Notes: generated by a model not told the origin, from the letters alone. A DNA stretch of 64,000 nt from an uncultured bacterium (GCA_963845185.1 CAWJRG010000010.1:844140-908139); one strand, 5' to 3'; shown: positions 1 through 10,148, numbered from the stretch's first letter. Numbers and translations: made by a program.

Positions 1-2
1 AA

Positions 3-494
3 CTCGGCGTAATGTTCGGGAACCCAGAAACAACGCCGGGCGGCAGGGCGCTGAAATTTTACGCGTCAATCAGGATTGATATAAGAAGAATAGAGACCAT
101 AAAAAAAGGCGACGTGCACATGGGGAACAGGGTTAAGGCAAAAGTAGTGAAAAACAAAGTTGCCCCGCCTTTCAGGGAGGCTATCTTCGACATTATATTC
201 GGCAAGGGAATATTGAGGGAGCCGGCAACGCTTGAGGCCGCGGAGAACATGGGGGTCCTTGAAAAAAGCGGCTCATGGTATTTATATGGAGACAAAAAAA
301 TCGGCCAGGGCAGGGACTCGGCAATAACATACCTTACTGAAAACCCGAATGTGCTTGAAGAAATAGAATTAAAAACCAGGGAAAAATTCTTTGCGCAGAT
401 GAAGGTTGAAAACAGCGGCAAACAGGAGCCGCTCCCGGAAGAAAAACCCGCGAAAGAAAAAGAAACAAAAGCCAAGGCAAAAAAAGAGGACTGA
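3..494 (+). CDS. recA: Recombinase A, C-terminal part (5' end lies outside the window)
   Basis: [26 protein letters not shown] and [11 protein letters not shown] are RecA signatures; the frame is open from the window edge. Confidence 0.98.
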   Translation, partial: LGVMFGNPETTPGGRALKFYASIRIDIRRIETIKKGDVHMGNRVKAKVVKNKVAPPFREAIFDIIFGKGILREPATLEAAENMGVLEKSGSWYLYGDKKIGQGRDSAITYLTENPNVLEEIELKTREKFFAQMKVENSGKQEPLPEEKPAKEKETKAKAKKED

Positions 495-526
495 ATCTGC
501 GCCCATAAAGCGGAGGTAAAAACCGC

Positions 527-2812
527 ATGAATAAAACACTCAAAATCCTTTTAATCGTAGTCATCTCAATCCTGGTACTGATGGCAATCGCAATAGCGTC
601 AATACCCTTATTTTTCCCGCCTGAAAAAATGAAAGCCATGCTTATCACCGAGATGTCCAATTTGACCGGCAGGCAGGTGGCGGTAAAAAAACTGCAGTTC
701 AATATTTTCAAGGGCATAGAGCTGGACGGCGTGACGATAAAGGAACGCGACGGGGAGAATAATTTTATCAAGGATGACACAATACTCCTTAAATACAACC
801 TTTTCGCGCTGCTCGTGAGGCAGCTCGTCATATACAAATTTGAGCTGGTTTCGCCTTACGTGGAAATAATAAAGGACAGGAAAGGGATTTTTAATTTTCA
901 GGATATCATAGACAAAAACCAGAAACCCGCTGCCGGAGCAAAAAATGTTCCGGTATCAAAGTCAAAATCCAGGAAAAAACATCAGCAGCAGCCAACGCCT
1001 GTGCCGCAGCCGACGGCGCAGCCTGCAGGCAATGAAGCAGGAAATAAACCGGATTTTATAAAAAATATAATAATAACCAGCGCAGGGGTAAAAAACGGGA
1101 ATTTTTCCTACCAGGATTTTTCAGCAGCAGCCCCTTTGTCCTTAAAAGTGGACAGTTTTAATTTTGACATGGACAATATAATATTGACCGCGGTAAAGCC
1201 GGCTACGGTTGATTTAAACTGCAATGTCATTTACAATAAACTGGCGATACCCGTGCTTGTCAAGTCAAGCCTTGTATTCGACATGAAGGAAAAAGGGGTA
1301 AAATTAAACATATCAACGGCTAAAATAGCAGGCATAAACACGCAGGGCGAGCTGGTAATAACGGACTTTAAAAATGCCGGCGGCGAACTGGTCACCACGC
1401 TTAATACGGCAGAGGTAATACAATACCTGCCGGCAGAAATGAAGGCGCAGTTAAAGGGCGCGACTGCAAACATAGAAATATCAAACAACGCGTGGTTCAG
1501 GTACCTGGCAGACGGCAAAAAGTTGTCCTTTAAGAACACGGTTTCAATAGACAGGGGCGAAGTTACATACAACGAAAAAAAGATTCTTGAAAACCTTAAG
1601 GGCAAGATATCAGTAACCGACAAATATGATTTAAAAAGCAATTTTACGTTTTTACTTGCCGGCTCAAGCGTAAAACTCGACACTGAAGGTTACGGGCTGA
1701 ATAAAATCAAATCAAGCAGGATATACGTGAATATTTATTCTCCGAAGTTTGCGACTGAATACCTGCTTGCCCTGTTCCCGCAAAAAGAAAAGGCAAAATC
1801 AGGGGCAAATACAGGCGGCAATGAAGCAAGCATAACAAAGGCAGGCTCACTGGCAGCATCTGCGAAAAAATCAAGGCAAAAAAGTGCTGGCACAAAGCAG
1901 CTTGGAGCAATGCCTGAAGTCCATATCAGCCTTAAAGCCGACGCCATAACCTATAAAACAGTCGAGGCGGGAAAGACAACGTCAAACATAAAATTTATAA
2001 ACGGCAAACTTTCGTCTGACACATCAATATCCGCCTACAACGGAACTATATACAACAGCCTGACAGCTGACATAAACAAGGAAAAATACTCGACAAATGT
2101 CGAGATGAAAAACGTGCTCATAAACAAACTGATTGACGACGCCATTTCCGTGCTGCCGAAAAAGGACCCGAACAAGAAAACCCTGCTTGACGACCTGAAG
2201 AGCAAGGTTTACGGAAATTTCAGCACAAAGGTGAATTTTTCCGGGGACACCTTTATTGACGTGCCGCATACGATAAAAGGAGACGGGAATTTTGCCGTCA
2301 AAGACGGCAAGCTGGCTGCCCTTGACTCGGGTAAGGACCTTTATGCCAAGACAAAAATAGAGGCATTCAGGAATGACATGCCGTTTGATTTCCTCGGGGC
2401 GGACTTTAACATGAGCAAGGGAGTAATTAACATAAAAAATTTCAGGATGTACAGCGGCGCAAACGGGGAAAAGGGCGATATGAGGGCAAAGGGAGATGGG
2501 TATGTTACCGTGGATACAAAGCTTGATTTTACAATGCTTGTCGACCTGAACCCGCGCGTGGCAAAACAGGTGGAAGACGTGTTTGCGCAGAACCTGGGCA
2601 TAAGGGATATAAGCTACGCGTATTCTTCCGACGGCTGGATGCCTTTTGATTTCAGGGTTTACGGCACGGTGGAAAATAAAAGGTATGATTTCAACCAGAA
2701 AAGAATGTTTGATAATATAAAGAAAAGCATGGGCAAGAAACTTCAAAATCAAGGCACACAATATTTCCAGGACAAGTCAAAAGACCTGCTTAAGAACCTT
2801 TTCGGCAAATGA
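527..2812 (+). CDS. AsmA-family protein
   Basis: N-terminal TM anchor, TGRQV..L.FNIF..IELDGV AsmA-like start, C-terminal beta-rich repeats; SD GGAGG upstream. Confidence 0.75.
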   Translation: MNKTLKILLIVVISILVLMAIAIASIPLFFPPEKMKAMLITEMSNLTGRQVAVKKLQFNIFKGIELDGVTIKERDGENNFIKDDTILLKYNLFALLVRQLVIYKFELVSPYVEIIKDRKGIFNFQDIIDKNQKPAAGAKNVPVSKSKSRKKHQQQPTPVPQPTAQPAGNEAGNKPDFIKNIIITSAGVKNGNFSYQDFSAAAPLSLKVDSFNFDMDNIILTAVKPATVDLNCNVIYNKLAIPVLVKSSLVFDMKEKGVKLNISTAKIAGINTQGELVITDFKNAGGELVTTLNTAEVIQYLPAEMKAQLKGATANIEISNNAWFRYLADGKKLSFKNTVSIDRGEVTYNEKKILENLKGKISVTDKYDLKSNFTFLLAGSSVKLDTEGYGLNKIKSSRIYVNIYSPKFATEYLLALFPQKEKAKSGANTGGNEASITKAGSLAASAKKSRQKSAGTKQLGAMPEVHISLKADAITYKTVEAGKTTSNIKFINGKLSSDTSISAYNGTIYNSLTADINKEKYSTNVEMKNVLINKLIDDAISVLPKKDPNKKTLLDDLKSKVYGNFSTKVNFSGDTFIDVPHTIKGDGNFAVKDGKLAALDSGKDLYAKTKIEAFRNDMPFDFLGADFNMSKGVINIKNFRMYSGANGEKGDMRAKGDGYVTVDTKLDFTMLVDLNPRVAKQVEDVFAQNLGIRDISYAYSSDGWMPFDFRVYGTVENKRYDFNQKRMFDNIKKSMGKKLQNQGTQYFQDKSKDLLKNLFGK

Positions 2813-2818
2813 GATAAA

Positions 2819-3868
2819 ATGAAGAAATATACCGCAGTCTTTCTATTTATTATTTTATTGTTTAGCACAGGATGCGTGCCGGCGGGCCAGCACAAGGTGA
2901 AAAAAACTCCAAAACCAAAGGAAGCTGTTGCCGCATTTACCGGGGATATAATGATGGGCAGGAGGATGGAGCCCTTTCTTGAGAAATACGGAGTTGATTA
3001 TCCTTTTAAATTTGTCGATTGCGAGCTCAGCGGGTGCGATATTGTTTTCGGCAACTGCGAGGGGCCCATTGTTTACAAGGAAAAAACCAAGGACCTGCAG
3101 AAGACCCCCGGCAAAGAGCTGTATTTATTTATGGAAGAAAGCTGCGCCGGTGCAATAAAGAATGCCGGGTACAACGTATTATCGCTTGCAAACAACCATA
3201 CGCTTGATTACAAGGAAGATGCGTTATTGCAGACAATGGAAATACTTGATAAAAACGAAATAAAATACACCGGAATATACAAAGGCAATTTAAGCAGGGC
3301 AAACGAGCCCCTGATAATGAAAGTAAACGGCATGAAAATCGGTTTTTTATGCTATTCGCAGGTGTCGCCGAAAAGTTTTTTCGCCCGCGGAAAAAGTTTC
3401 GGGATAATGCCGGCTGACATAAGCATAATAAGAAAAGACATAAAGGCAGCCAAACCAAAGGTTGATTTGCTGGTAATTTACCTTCACTGGGGAAAGGAAG
3501 GCCAGGGCGTGTTAAAATACCAGTATGCGCAGGCAAGGCAGATAATTGATGAAGGGGCAGACCTTATCATAGGCTCGCATACGCACCTTTTCCAGGATAT
3601 AGAGCTTTATAACGGGAAATATATTTTTTACGGCCTCGGCAATTTCGTGTTCGACCAGGACAGCGAAAAAACAAAATACAGCGGCATAGTGAAGGTGAAA
3701 ATCGAAAAGGGCAAAATTTCCGGGGTAAAGGTGGTGCCGGTTTACCTTAACAACTACAGGCCGGAAATAATAACGGACAGGGAAAAATTAAATACATTCT
3801 GGGATAAAGTAAACCTTATCAATATCGAAGCCAAAGACATAACTGAAGATTATTCAGGGAAGCTGTAA
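2819..3868 (+). CDS. CapA (PGA_cap) family metallophosphoesterase, probable lipoprotein
   Basis: GDIMMGR, GNCE, LANNHTLDY, HWG, GSHTH and YGLGNFVFDQ motifs; lipobox-like FSTGC. Confidence 0.9.
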   Translation: MKKYTAVFLFIILLFSTGCVPAGQHKVKKTPKPKEAVAAFTGDIMMGRRMEPFLEKYGVDYPFKFVDCELSGCDIVFGNCEGPIVYKEKTKDLQKTPGKELYLFMEESCAGAIKNAGYNVLSLANNHTLDYKEDALLQTMEILDKNEIKYTGIYKGNLSRANEPLIMKVNGMKIGFLCYSQVSPKSFFARGKSFGIMPADISIIRKDIKAAKPKVDLLVIYLHWGKEGQGVLKYQYAQARQIIDEGADLIIGSHTHLFQDIELYNGKYIFYGLGNFVFDQDSEKTKYSGIVKVKIEKGKISGVKVVPVYLNNYRPEIITDREKLNTFWDKVNLINIEAKDITEDYSGKL

Positions 3869-3886
3869 GAGGAGGCAGGATACTAA

Positions 3887-4529
3887 ATGAACGGGAATAT
3901 TTTAAAATCAATACACTGGATTCACCACGCCAGTTTCAGGATAGAAGCCGGCGGCAAGGTGATTTATATAGACCCGTTTAAATTAAAGGAAACAATGCCG
4001 GCAGATTATATATTCGTGACGCATGCGCATTTCGACCATTTTTCCTTAAACGACATCGACAGCATATTAAAGGAAGGGACCGTCATAATATGTCCGGATG
4101 CGGTTGCGAAGGAGTTAAAAGGGTATAATTTTAAGAAACTTAAACCCGGGGATAAGCTTGAGCTTGAAGGGATAAAATGCGAAGCGACACCCGCTTATAA
4201 TATAGAAAAGAATTTTCACCAGAAAAACAACGATAACATGGGTTTTATTATCGAGATAGAAGGGGCCAGGATATACAACTCTGGCGATACGGATTATATA
4301 CCTGAAATGAACGATTTGCAGGATATAACAGTTGCGCTTGTGCCTGTGGCAGGGACTTATACAATGAACCCGAAAGAAGCTGCAGCGGCAGTAAATGCTT
4401 TTAAGCCGCAAATAGCAGTACCAATGCATTTCGGCCAGCTTGTTGTAGGCGACATGCAGAACGCGGGAAGAGTTCAAAAAGCTTGTTAAAGAGCCAATAA
4501 AAGTAGAGATAATGAAAGAGGAAGGGTAA
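3887..4529 (+). CDS. MBL-fold metallo-hydrolase with an apparent +1 frameshift near the C-terminus (predicted ORF stops at 4489)
   Basis: THAHFDH, SGDT and PMHF motifs; the family-like tail EEFKKLVKEPIKVEIM continues in another frame after GGG at 4465-4467. Confidence 0.8.
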
Positions 4530-4632
4530 ATAAGTACGGGAACCGGGAATCGGGTTAGGTGCGGCGCGCTCGCTTCAAGTCCTTGGTTGCCGATAAAGTG
4601 GGTATTTTGGATTATATAGTAAGATAGAAAAT

Positions 4633-4709
4633 TGGTGGGCCCTGTAGGACTTGAACCTACGGCCAATAGATTATGAGTCTACTGCTCTGACCAACTGAGC
4701 TAAGGGCCC
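4633..4709 (-). tRNA. tRNA-Ile2 (anticodon CAT, lysidine type), CCA encoded
   Basis: The minus strand GGGCCCTTAGCTCAGTTGGTCAGAGCAGTAGACTCATAATCTATTGGCCGTAGGTTCAAGTCCTACAGGGCCCACCA folds as a cloverleaf; it resembles ileX more than fMet or elongator Met tRNAs. Confidence 0.9.
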
Positions 4710-4719
4710 GCGGATAACA

Positions 4720-4747
4720 ATTATATTTTTAATGGCGGATTTGTCAA
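4720..4747 (-). promoter_or_regulatory. Sigma70-type promoter of the tRNA gene
   Basis: TTGACA-16 nt-TATAAT on the minus strand about 10 nt upstream of the tRNA. Confidence 0.7.
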
Positions 4748-4773
4748 GGAAATTCTAGGAAACAGGAGGGAGC

Positions 4774-5328
4774 ATGCTTACAGACGATCAAAAAAAAATT
4801 TTTTTAAGGATTGCAAGGCAAACAATTGAGAACTACATAAAAAACGAGAGAATTTCTACAGTGCAGACAGATGACCCTGCTTTTACCCAGAACGGCGGTG
4901 CTTTTGTCACCATACACAGCCACGGCCAGCTGCGCGGCTGCATAGGCATGATAGAAGCATTAAAGCCGCTGTATGAGACTGTGATAGAGATGGCAATCGA
5001 ATCTGCCACAGGAGACCCAAGGTTTATGCCTCTGAATGAAAACGAATTAAAGGAAATAGATTTGGAAATATCAGCCCTTTCGCCAAAGAGAAGAATAAAA
5101 AGCATAGATGAAATCGAGCTCGGCAAGCACGGTGTGATTGTAAAAAACGGATATCACAGCGGGGTCTTCCTGCCGCAGGTCGCGACTGAAACAGGCTGGT
5201 CAAAGGAAGAATTCATGAGAAACCTGTGCGCAGGGAAAGCAGGATTACCACCTGACGCTTATAAAGATAAAAGCACTGAAATATATATTTTTGATGCTGA
5301 AGTTTTCGGGGAAAAAGAATTCAAATAG
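4774..5328 (+). CDS. amrA: AmmeMemoRadiSam system protein A (AMMECR1 domain)
   Basis: GAFVT..LRGCIG, DPRF and GVFLPQVA motifs. Confidence 0.92.
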   Translation: MLTDDQKKIFLRIARQTIENYIKNERISTVQTDDPAFTQNGGAFVTIHSHGQLRGCIGMIEALKPLYETVIEMAIESATGDPRFMPLNENELKEIDLEISALSPKRRIKSIDEIELGKHGVIVKNGYHSGVFLPQVATETGWSKEEFMRNLCAGKAGLPPDAYKDKSTEIYIFDAEVFGEKEFK

Positions 5329-5342
5329 ATTGTTCTGCTAGG

Positions 5343-5371
5343 GCAGAGACGACCCGTCGGGTCGTCTCTAC
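5343..5371. repeat. GTAG-type REP-like palindrome, copy 1
   Basis: GCAGAGACGACCCGTCGGGTCGTCTCTAC hairpin; related copies at 18562, 27775, 36263 and 56121. Confidence 0.8.
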
Positions 5372-5415
5372 TTTAATATCATTTATATGATTAAATAACA
5401 AACGGGGTTTGTAAA

Positions 5416-7104
5416 ATGCTGCGACCGCAAAGCAATACTTTCAGGCACACCATAGAGATAAAAGGCCCATGGACTATTAGGTTCGGCAAAAAAGAACGGC
5501 CAAGGTCCATACCTGTTCCTGCAAGCTGGAACGAAATATTTCCGGACAAGCGCGACTATCTTGGGCCTGCAACATATATCACGCGTTTCCAGGTGCCTGC
5601 GGAATACAAAAATAAAAAAATTCTCCTCAGGTTTAATTCGGTCAATTACTTTGCAAGTGTATATTTAAACAATAAAAAACTCGGCTCGCACGAGGGTGGC
5701 AATCTACCTTTTGAGTTTGAGCTGCCAAAAAAAATTCTGAAAAAAAATAACCTTCTTTCTGTCGTTGTTGATGGCCAGCTTGCACCGGACCGTGTGCCGC
5801 CCGGTAACATACCGTACAACCCGAAAGATGCATTCGCGAATACCGCTTACCCTGCCGCGGCATTTGATTTTTTCCCTTTTTGCGGCATACACCGCAAAGT
5901 ATATTTGTGCGCAGTACCGCAGCAGGCCATAAAAGATATTACAATTACGACAGATATCAAAAACAAAAGCGGCATTGTCCATGTCAGGATAGAGCGTGAT
6001 TTTGATGCAGACGCTTCGGCTAGTGTCAGCATCGGCACCATATCAAGGCAGGCAAAGTTTAAAGGCAGGTATGCCGACTTCCATATTATAATACCGCGCG
6101 CAAAATTCTGGTCGTCCGGCTCGCCTTTTCTTTACAGGCTAAATTCGAAAATCATCAAAAATAAAAAAATAATAGACAGTTTCAGCACGTTTTTTGGCAT
6201 AAGGACTGTCTCAGTAAAAGGCAGCAGGATATTTTTAAACAACAAGCCGATATTTTTAAAAGGCGTTGCTAGGCATGAGGATTTTCCCAGTACCGGCCGC
6301 GGGTATAACCCGTACTGGGTGGCAAAGGATTTCAGGCTTTTAAAATGGCTTGGCGCGAATTCTTTCCGCACCAGCCACTACCCCTACGCTGAGGAGCAGC
6401 TCGATTTGGCCGATAAACTGGGGTTCATGGTCATTGACGAGACTCCGGCAGTGGGCCTGTTTTTTAAAAATCCCGGCATGGAAAAGCGGGAAAAACTCTG
6501 TAAACAATATATAAGGGAAATGATTGACAGGGACAAGAATCATGCTTCGGTAGTAGTGTGGAGCCTTGCCAATGAGCCGCAAACACACAGGCCCGCGGCA
6601 AAGCCGTTTTTTAAAAGGCTGGCTACTCTTGCAAGGTCGCTCGACAAGACAAGGCCTGTTACGCTCGTGAGTTTCATGGGAGCGTATGAAAAGTCTTTTG
6701 AGTTCCTTGATGTTGTTTGCGTGAACAGATACATGGGATGGTATTCTGAGCAGGGGCAGTTGTCTGTTGCCCTGCCAAAATTATCAAAGGATTTGGATTT
6801 GATTTATAAAACATTCCATAAGCCAGTAATACTTACGGAATTTGGAGCCGACGCCTTGCCTGGCAGGCGGTCGCCAATAAATCCCGACATGTTCAGCGAG
6901 GATTACCAGAAAGCAATAATAGAAGGCTATTTGAAAATCGCGGCATCAAAGCCGTATATGGCAGGCACGCATGTATGGAACATGTGCGACTTCAAGACAG
7001 GCCAGGCAATACACAGGCCGGGAGGGATGAACTGGAAAGGCGTTTTCACGCGCGACAGGAAACCCAAGCTCGCCGCGTATTTACTGAGAAAATACTGGAA
7101 GTAA
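5416..7104 (+). CDS. uidA: GH2 beta-glucuronidase
   Basis: RTSHYPY, NEP acid/base, TEFGAD nucleophile and the N-x-K motif (NWKGVFTRDRKPK). Confidence 0.88.
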   Translation: MLRPQSNTFRHTIEIKGPWTIRFGKKERPRSIPVPASWNEIFPDKRDYLGPATYITRFQVPAEYKNKKILLRFNSVNYFASVYLNNKKLGSHEGGNLPFEFELPKKILKKNNLLSVVVDGQLAPDRVPPGNIPYNPKDAFANTAYPAAAFDFFPFCGIHRKVYLCAVPQQAIKDITITTDIKNKSGIVHVRIERDFDADASASVSIGTISRQAKFKGRYADFHIIIPRAKFWSSGSPFLYRLNSKIIKNKKIIDSFSTFFGIRTVSVKGSRIFLNNKPIFLKGVARHEDFPSTGRGYNPYWVAKDFRLLKWLGANSFRTSHYPYAEEQLDLADKLGFMVIDETPAVGLFFKNPGMEKREKLCKQYIREMIDRDKNHASVVVWSLANEPQTHRPAAKPFFKRLATLARSLDKTRPVTLVSFMGAYEKSFEFLDVVCVNRYMGWYSEQGQLSVALPKLSKDLDLIYKTFHKPVILTEFGADALPGRRSPINPDMFSEDYQKAIIEGYLKIAASKPYMAGTHVWNMCDFKTGQAIHRPGGMNWKGVFTRDRKPKLAAYLLRKYWK

Positions 7105-7110
7105 TGCTTT

Positions 7111-7692
7111 ATGAAGGAGGTTAAGGTGAAAGGTAAACAAAACGACATAAAGTATTCATATGATAATTTGACTTATGACGATATGAAGAAGAATGAAAAC
7201 ATTAAAAATAAGACCATATTGCAAATTATTAATAAAAGGATGGATTTTTTTTATTATAAATATTGTTTTTATAGTATGCGAGCATATCGAATTTTTACGA
7301 CTGTTTCAGCAATCGTAATAGCTTTAAATGTAGTATTTATTGCTCGTTTTTTTTATGCAATGAATGGCAAACATTGGGGTTTAGTGTTTTTGTTTTTGAC
7401 AGCTATATATTCTTTTTTAGGTTTTATTATTTTAGGTATAATATACAGGTTAGTTTATGGGAAAAAAGAATTTTTTTGTGCTTACTGTGGAACGGTTAAT
7501 AAAGGAACTTGTTATTGTACTAAATGTAACAGGCGAATTGATATAAATGGGTTTGAGTTTAAAAGAATAATATTAAGATGCCCAAAATGTTTTGAAGTAA
7601 TTGTAAGAGATGAAGAAATAAATGCTTGTCCTGGCTGCGAATATAAATTTTATAAGCCGAAAAAGCAATTAACGGGTGAAAAAATTGGCTAA
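7111..7692 (+). CDS. Hypothetical two-TM membrane protein with C-terminal zinc ribbons
   Basis: Two hydrophobic helices followed by four CxxC pairs; visibly more AT-rich than its neighbours. Confidence 0.6.
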   Translation: MKEVKVKGKQNDIKYSYDNLTYDDMKKNENIKNKTILQIINKRMDFFYYKYCFYSMRAYRIFTTVSAIVIALNVVFIARFFYAMNGKHWGLVFLFLTAIYSFLGFIILGIIYRLVYGKKEFFCAYCGTVNKGTCYCTKCNRRIDINGFEFKRIILRCPKCFEVIVRDEEINACPGCEYKFYKPKKQLTGEKIG

Positions 7693-8689
7693 ATGCGTAC
7701 CAAAAGCAGCAATACTGTGCGATTCGATTGAAAATATTCAAAATGTTTTCGGACAGGGCAGGCTTGAAAAATTAAAAAGCCTTGTAAATATTTTTCCGAA
7801 AATTATTTCAGGAAAAGATTTTGATAAATATAAAAACAGCATAAAAGAAATCGAATATATATTTTCCACATGGGGTATGCCGCAACTGAAAGAAAGCCAG
7901 ATTGACGAGCTAAGCAGGCTTAAGGCAATATTTTATGCCGCAGGATCAGTAAAATATTTTGCGGAACCATACCTTAAAAGAGGCATCAAGGTAATCAGCG
8001 CATGGGCTGAAAACGCAAAACCAACTGCCGCATTTGCGCTTGGACAGGTGCTTCTGTCGTGCAAAGGCTATTTCAGGCATGTCAGGGAATACAGAATAAA
8101 AAAATCCGGCATATGGAGCATCACCAAAGCCGGATTTTATGGATGCAAAGTAGGGATAATAGGTGCAGGAAAAGTTGGCCGCAGGCTCATTGAGTTGCTG
8201 AAACCCTTCGGTGTGGAAATCCTTGTTGCTGACCCGTATCTTTCTGTACAGCAGGCCAAACTGCTTGGAGCGCGTAAGGCTTCGCTTGAAAAAATATTTA
8301 AGGAGTGCCGTGTAGTCTCAAATCACTTGCCCGATATCAAGAAAACAAAAGGAGCCTTAAACGCTAGGCTGTTTTCTTCCATGATGAAAAACGCGACATT
8401 TATCAATACAGGCCGCGGGGCACAGGTAAATGAGCATGACCTTGTACGTGTATTAAAGAAACGCAAAGACCTGGCTGCTTTGCTGGATGTGACAGACCAT
8501 GAACCTCCAAAAAACAATTCTGCGCTGTTTAAACTGCCGAATGTTATTTTAAGCCCTCACATAGCAGGCGCCTATGGCAAAGAACAGGTGCTGCTTGTTG
8601 ATTGCGTTATTGAGGAATTTAAGTCATTCTTGCGTGGAAAAAGGCTCAAATACGAAGTTACTTTGGGAATGCTGGGAAAAATGGGATGA
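7676..8689 (+). CDS. D-isomer-specific 2-hydroxyacid dehydrogenase
   Basis: GIIGAGKVG, FINTGRG, LDVTDHEP and SPHIAG motifs. Confidence 0.92.
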   Translation: MKKLAKCVPKAAILCDSIENIQNVFGQGRLEKLKSLVNIFPKIISGKDFDKYKNSIKEIEYIFSTWGMPQLKESQIDELSRLKAIFYAAGSVKYFAEPYLKRGIKVISAWAENAKPTAAFALGQVLLSCKGYFRHVREYRIKKSGIWSITKAGFYGCKVGIIGAGKVGRRLIELLKPFGVEILVADPYLSVQQAKLLGARKASLEKIFKECRVVSNHLPDIKKTKGALNARLFSSMMKNATFINTGRGAQVNEHDLVRVLKKRKDLAALLDVTDHEPPKNNSALFKLPNVILSPHIAGAYGKEQVLLVDCVIEEFKSFLRGKRLKYEVTLGMLGKMG

Positions 8690-9438
8690 TATATTTCTTT
8701 GCCGACAATCATTATAATACAAGAGCAGGTTTTTACCTTTATGATAAAATCAATCCCACTCCGCGAAAATCCCCAGCTGATAGAGCTGGGATTAATAGCG
8801 CTCCGGGGAGGGAGCAAATTAGAAAATTTTTTAAAGGTGGCTCCACAAATGATTTTCCAATAAAATTTTTTGAAGACGATATTTCAGTACTTGCGGGAAA
8901 AGAATTCCTGCGGAACTGCAGTCTTCTGATTGTCAATCTGATTTGCGGTACAGGAAGCCTGGGAATGCCGGGTGAGGAAATAGAGGTTCCTTTGAAAGAA
9001 TACTGCATGAGAGGAAGGCCTTTATTTCTTGTACATGCAGGCAGCGCAGCGTTCTGGCATTGGGAATGGTGGAGAAAACTTACAGGTTTGCGCTGGGTAA
9101 GGGAAAATAACCCGGAAGGAAAAGAGCCTTCAGTGCATCCTGTAAAGGATTTTTTAGTAGTCCCAGCCAAGAGCAGTCACACGATTGTAAAAGAATTAAA
9201 AAGTTTTGAATTGAAAAATGATGAAATATACACAAAACTTGAAAAGACACAGCCAGTTGATGTGCTTATGGAAACAACCATAGATGAAGGTACTTTTCCT
9301 ATGGCCTTTGTTTCAAAGAATGAGTGGGGTGGCAAGGTGTTGGGATTTTTACCAGGGCACAAGCCGGAGTCTTTTGAGAATAAAGAACTGATACACGACG
9401 TAAAGACAATAATAAAATACGCTTTGGAAGAAAAATAA
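8686..9438 (+). CDS. ThuA-like protein carrying an in-frame repeat insertion
   Basis: LVHAG..AF, HP, DEIY and FLPGH ThuA-type motifs; residues ~23-54 are encoded by family-2 repeat copy A. Confidence 0.7.
   Translation: MIYFFADNHYNTRAGFYLYDKINPTPRKSPADRAGINSAPGREQIRKFFKGGSTNDFPIKFFEDDISVLAGKEFLRNCSLLIVNLICGTGSLGMPGEEIEVPLKEYCMRGRPLFLVHAGSAAFWHWEWWRKLTGLRWVRENNPEGKEPSVHPVKDFLVVPAKSSHTIVKELKSFELKNDEIYTKLEKTQPVDVLMETTIDEGTFPMAFVSKNEWGGKVLGFLPGHKPESFENKELIHDVKTIIKYALEEK
8752..8846 (+). repeat. Family-2 palindromic element, copy A (in frame inside a CDS)
   Basis: AATCCCACTCCGCGAAAA-hairpin-ATAGCGCTCCGGGGAGGGAGCA...GGTGGCTCCAC; matches copies at 33467 and 57155. Confidence 0.9.
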
Positions 9439-9439
9439 G

Positions 9440-9602
9440 GTACCGCTTGTCTGGGTAGTTTATTTATTAAATGATTAATGGAAACTGCCAGTCAAATAGT
9501 CCACAGGACTATTTGACTGGCTTGAGCCTCGGACTTGAACGGGTACAATATCTCGTAATGTTTTGTCTGCGCTATGAAGCTTGACAAAACAAACGATCTA
9601 TT
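9440..9602 (+). repeat. Family-1 two-hairpin structured element, copy 1 (long form)
   Basis: GTACCGCTTGTC...GGACTTGAACGGGTAC plus GTAATGTTTTGTCTGCGCT..AGCTTGACAAAACAAAC; abuts GGAGG at 9603. Confidence 0.88.
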
Positions 9603-9613
9603 GGAGGCAGAAA

Positions 9614-9940
9614 ATGAAACAAGGCATGATTGTAACGACAGCATTTGAGATTCCGGGAAAAGAGATAGTTGAAAGCAAAGGGCTTGTGAGGGGAATAATA
9701 GTCAGGTCGCCCACAATAGTACAGGGGATATTCGGAGGTTTGAAAACCATAATAGGCGGCAAAATAGGCGCATACACTGAAATGTGCGAGCAGGCCAGGG
9801 AGCAGGCATACGAGGCAATGGAAGAACACGCCGCGGCAATAGGCGCCAATGCAGTTATAGGCTGCCGTTATGACGCTTCTGAAGTTGCAGTTGGAGCAAC
9901 CGAAGTGCTTTGCTACGGCACGGCAGTGGTTGTAAGATAA
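9614..9940 (+). CDS. YbjQ/UPF0145 family (putative heavy-metal-binding) protein
   Basis: MIVTT..IPG, GLK.IIGG, AR..A..GANAVIG.RYD and YGTAV; ATG at 9614 follows the SD. Confidence 0.9.
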   Translation: MKQGMIVTTAFEIPGKEIVESKGLVRGIIVRSPTIVQGIFGGLKTIIGGKIGAYTEMCEQAREQAYEAMEEHAAAIGANAVIGCRYDASEVAVGATEVLCYGTAVVVR

Positions 9941-9968
9941 ACAGACACCATACGAACTGATTTTGTGT

Positions 9969-9997
9969 TTGACAAAGCAATTTTGAAAGCATATTAT
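9969..9997 (+). promoter_or_regulatory. Sigma70-type promoter
   Basis: TTGACA-17-TATTAT upstream of the tandem family-1 copies. Confidence 0.6.
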
Positions 9998-10054
9998 TTT
10001 ATGTACCTACGAAGAATAGTAGATTCGAAGCAATAAAAAAACAAATTATGCCCA

Positions 10055-10146
10055 GCACCTCTTGACCTCGGCCTTATGGCCTCGGACTGGAGCGGGTACA
10101 AGATAGTGTAATATTTTGTCAGCGCCTGTTGACGGCTTGGCCAAGT
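10055..10146 (+). repeat. Family-1 element, copy 2a (second hairpin truncated)
   Basis: GCACCTCTTGACC..GGACTGGAGCGGGTAC plus GTAATATTTTGTCAGCGCC..GGCTTGGCCAAGT. Confidence 0.8.
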
Positions 10147-10148
10147 GG

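Noticed and set aside
4645..4660. GGACTTGAAC shared by the tRNA T-arm and family 1, read as an att-site duplication
   Set aside because: The match is only 10 nt, does not extend to the tRNA 3' end, and there is no integrase.
8774..8790. CTGATAGA plus nearby CGAAA as a hammerhead ribozyme core
   Set aside because: CTGA is present in only one of three copies and sits in a variable hairpin.
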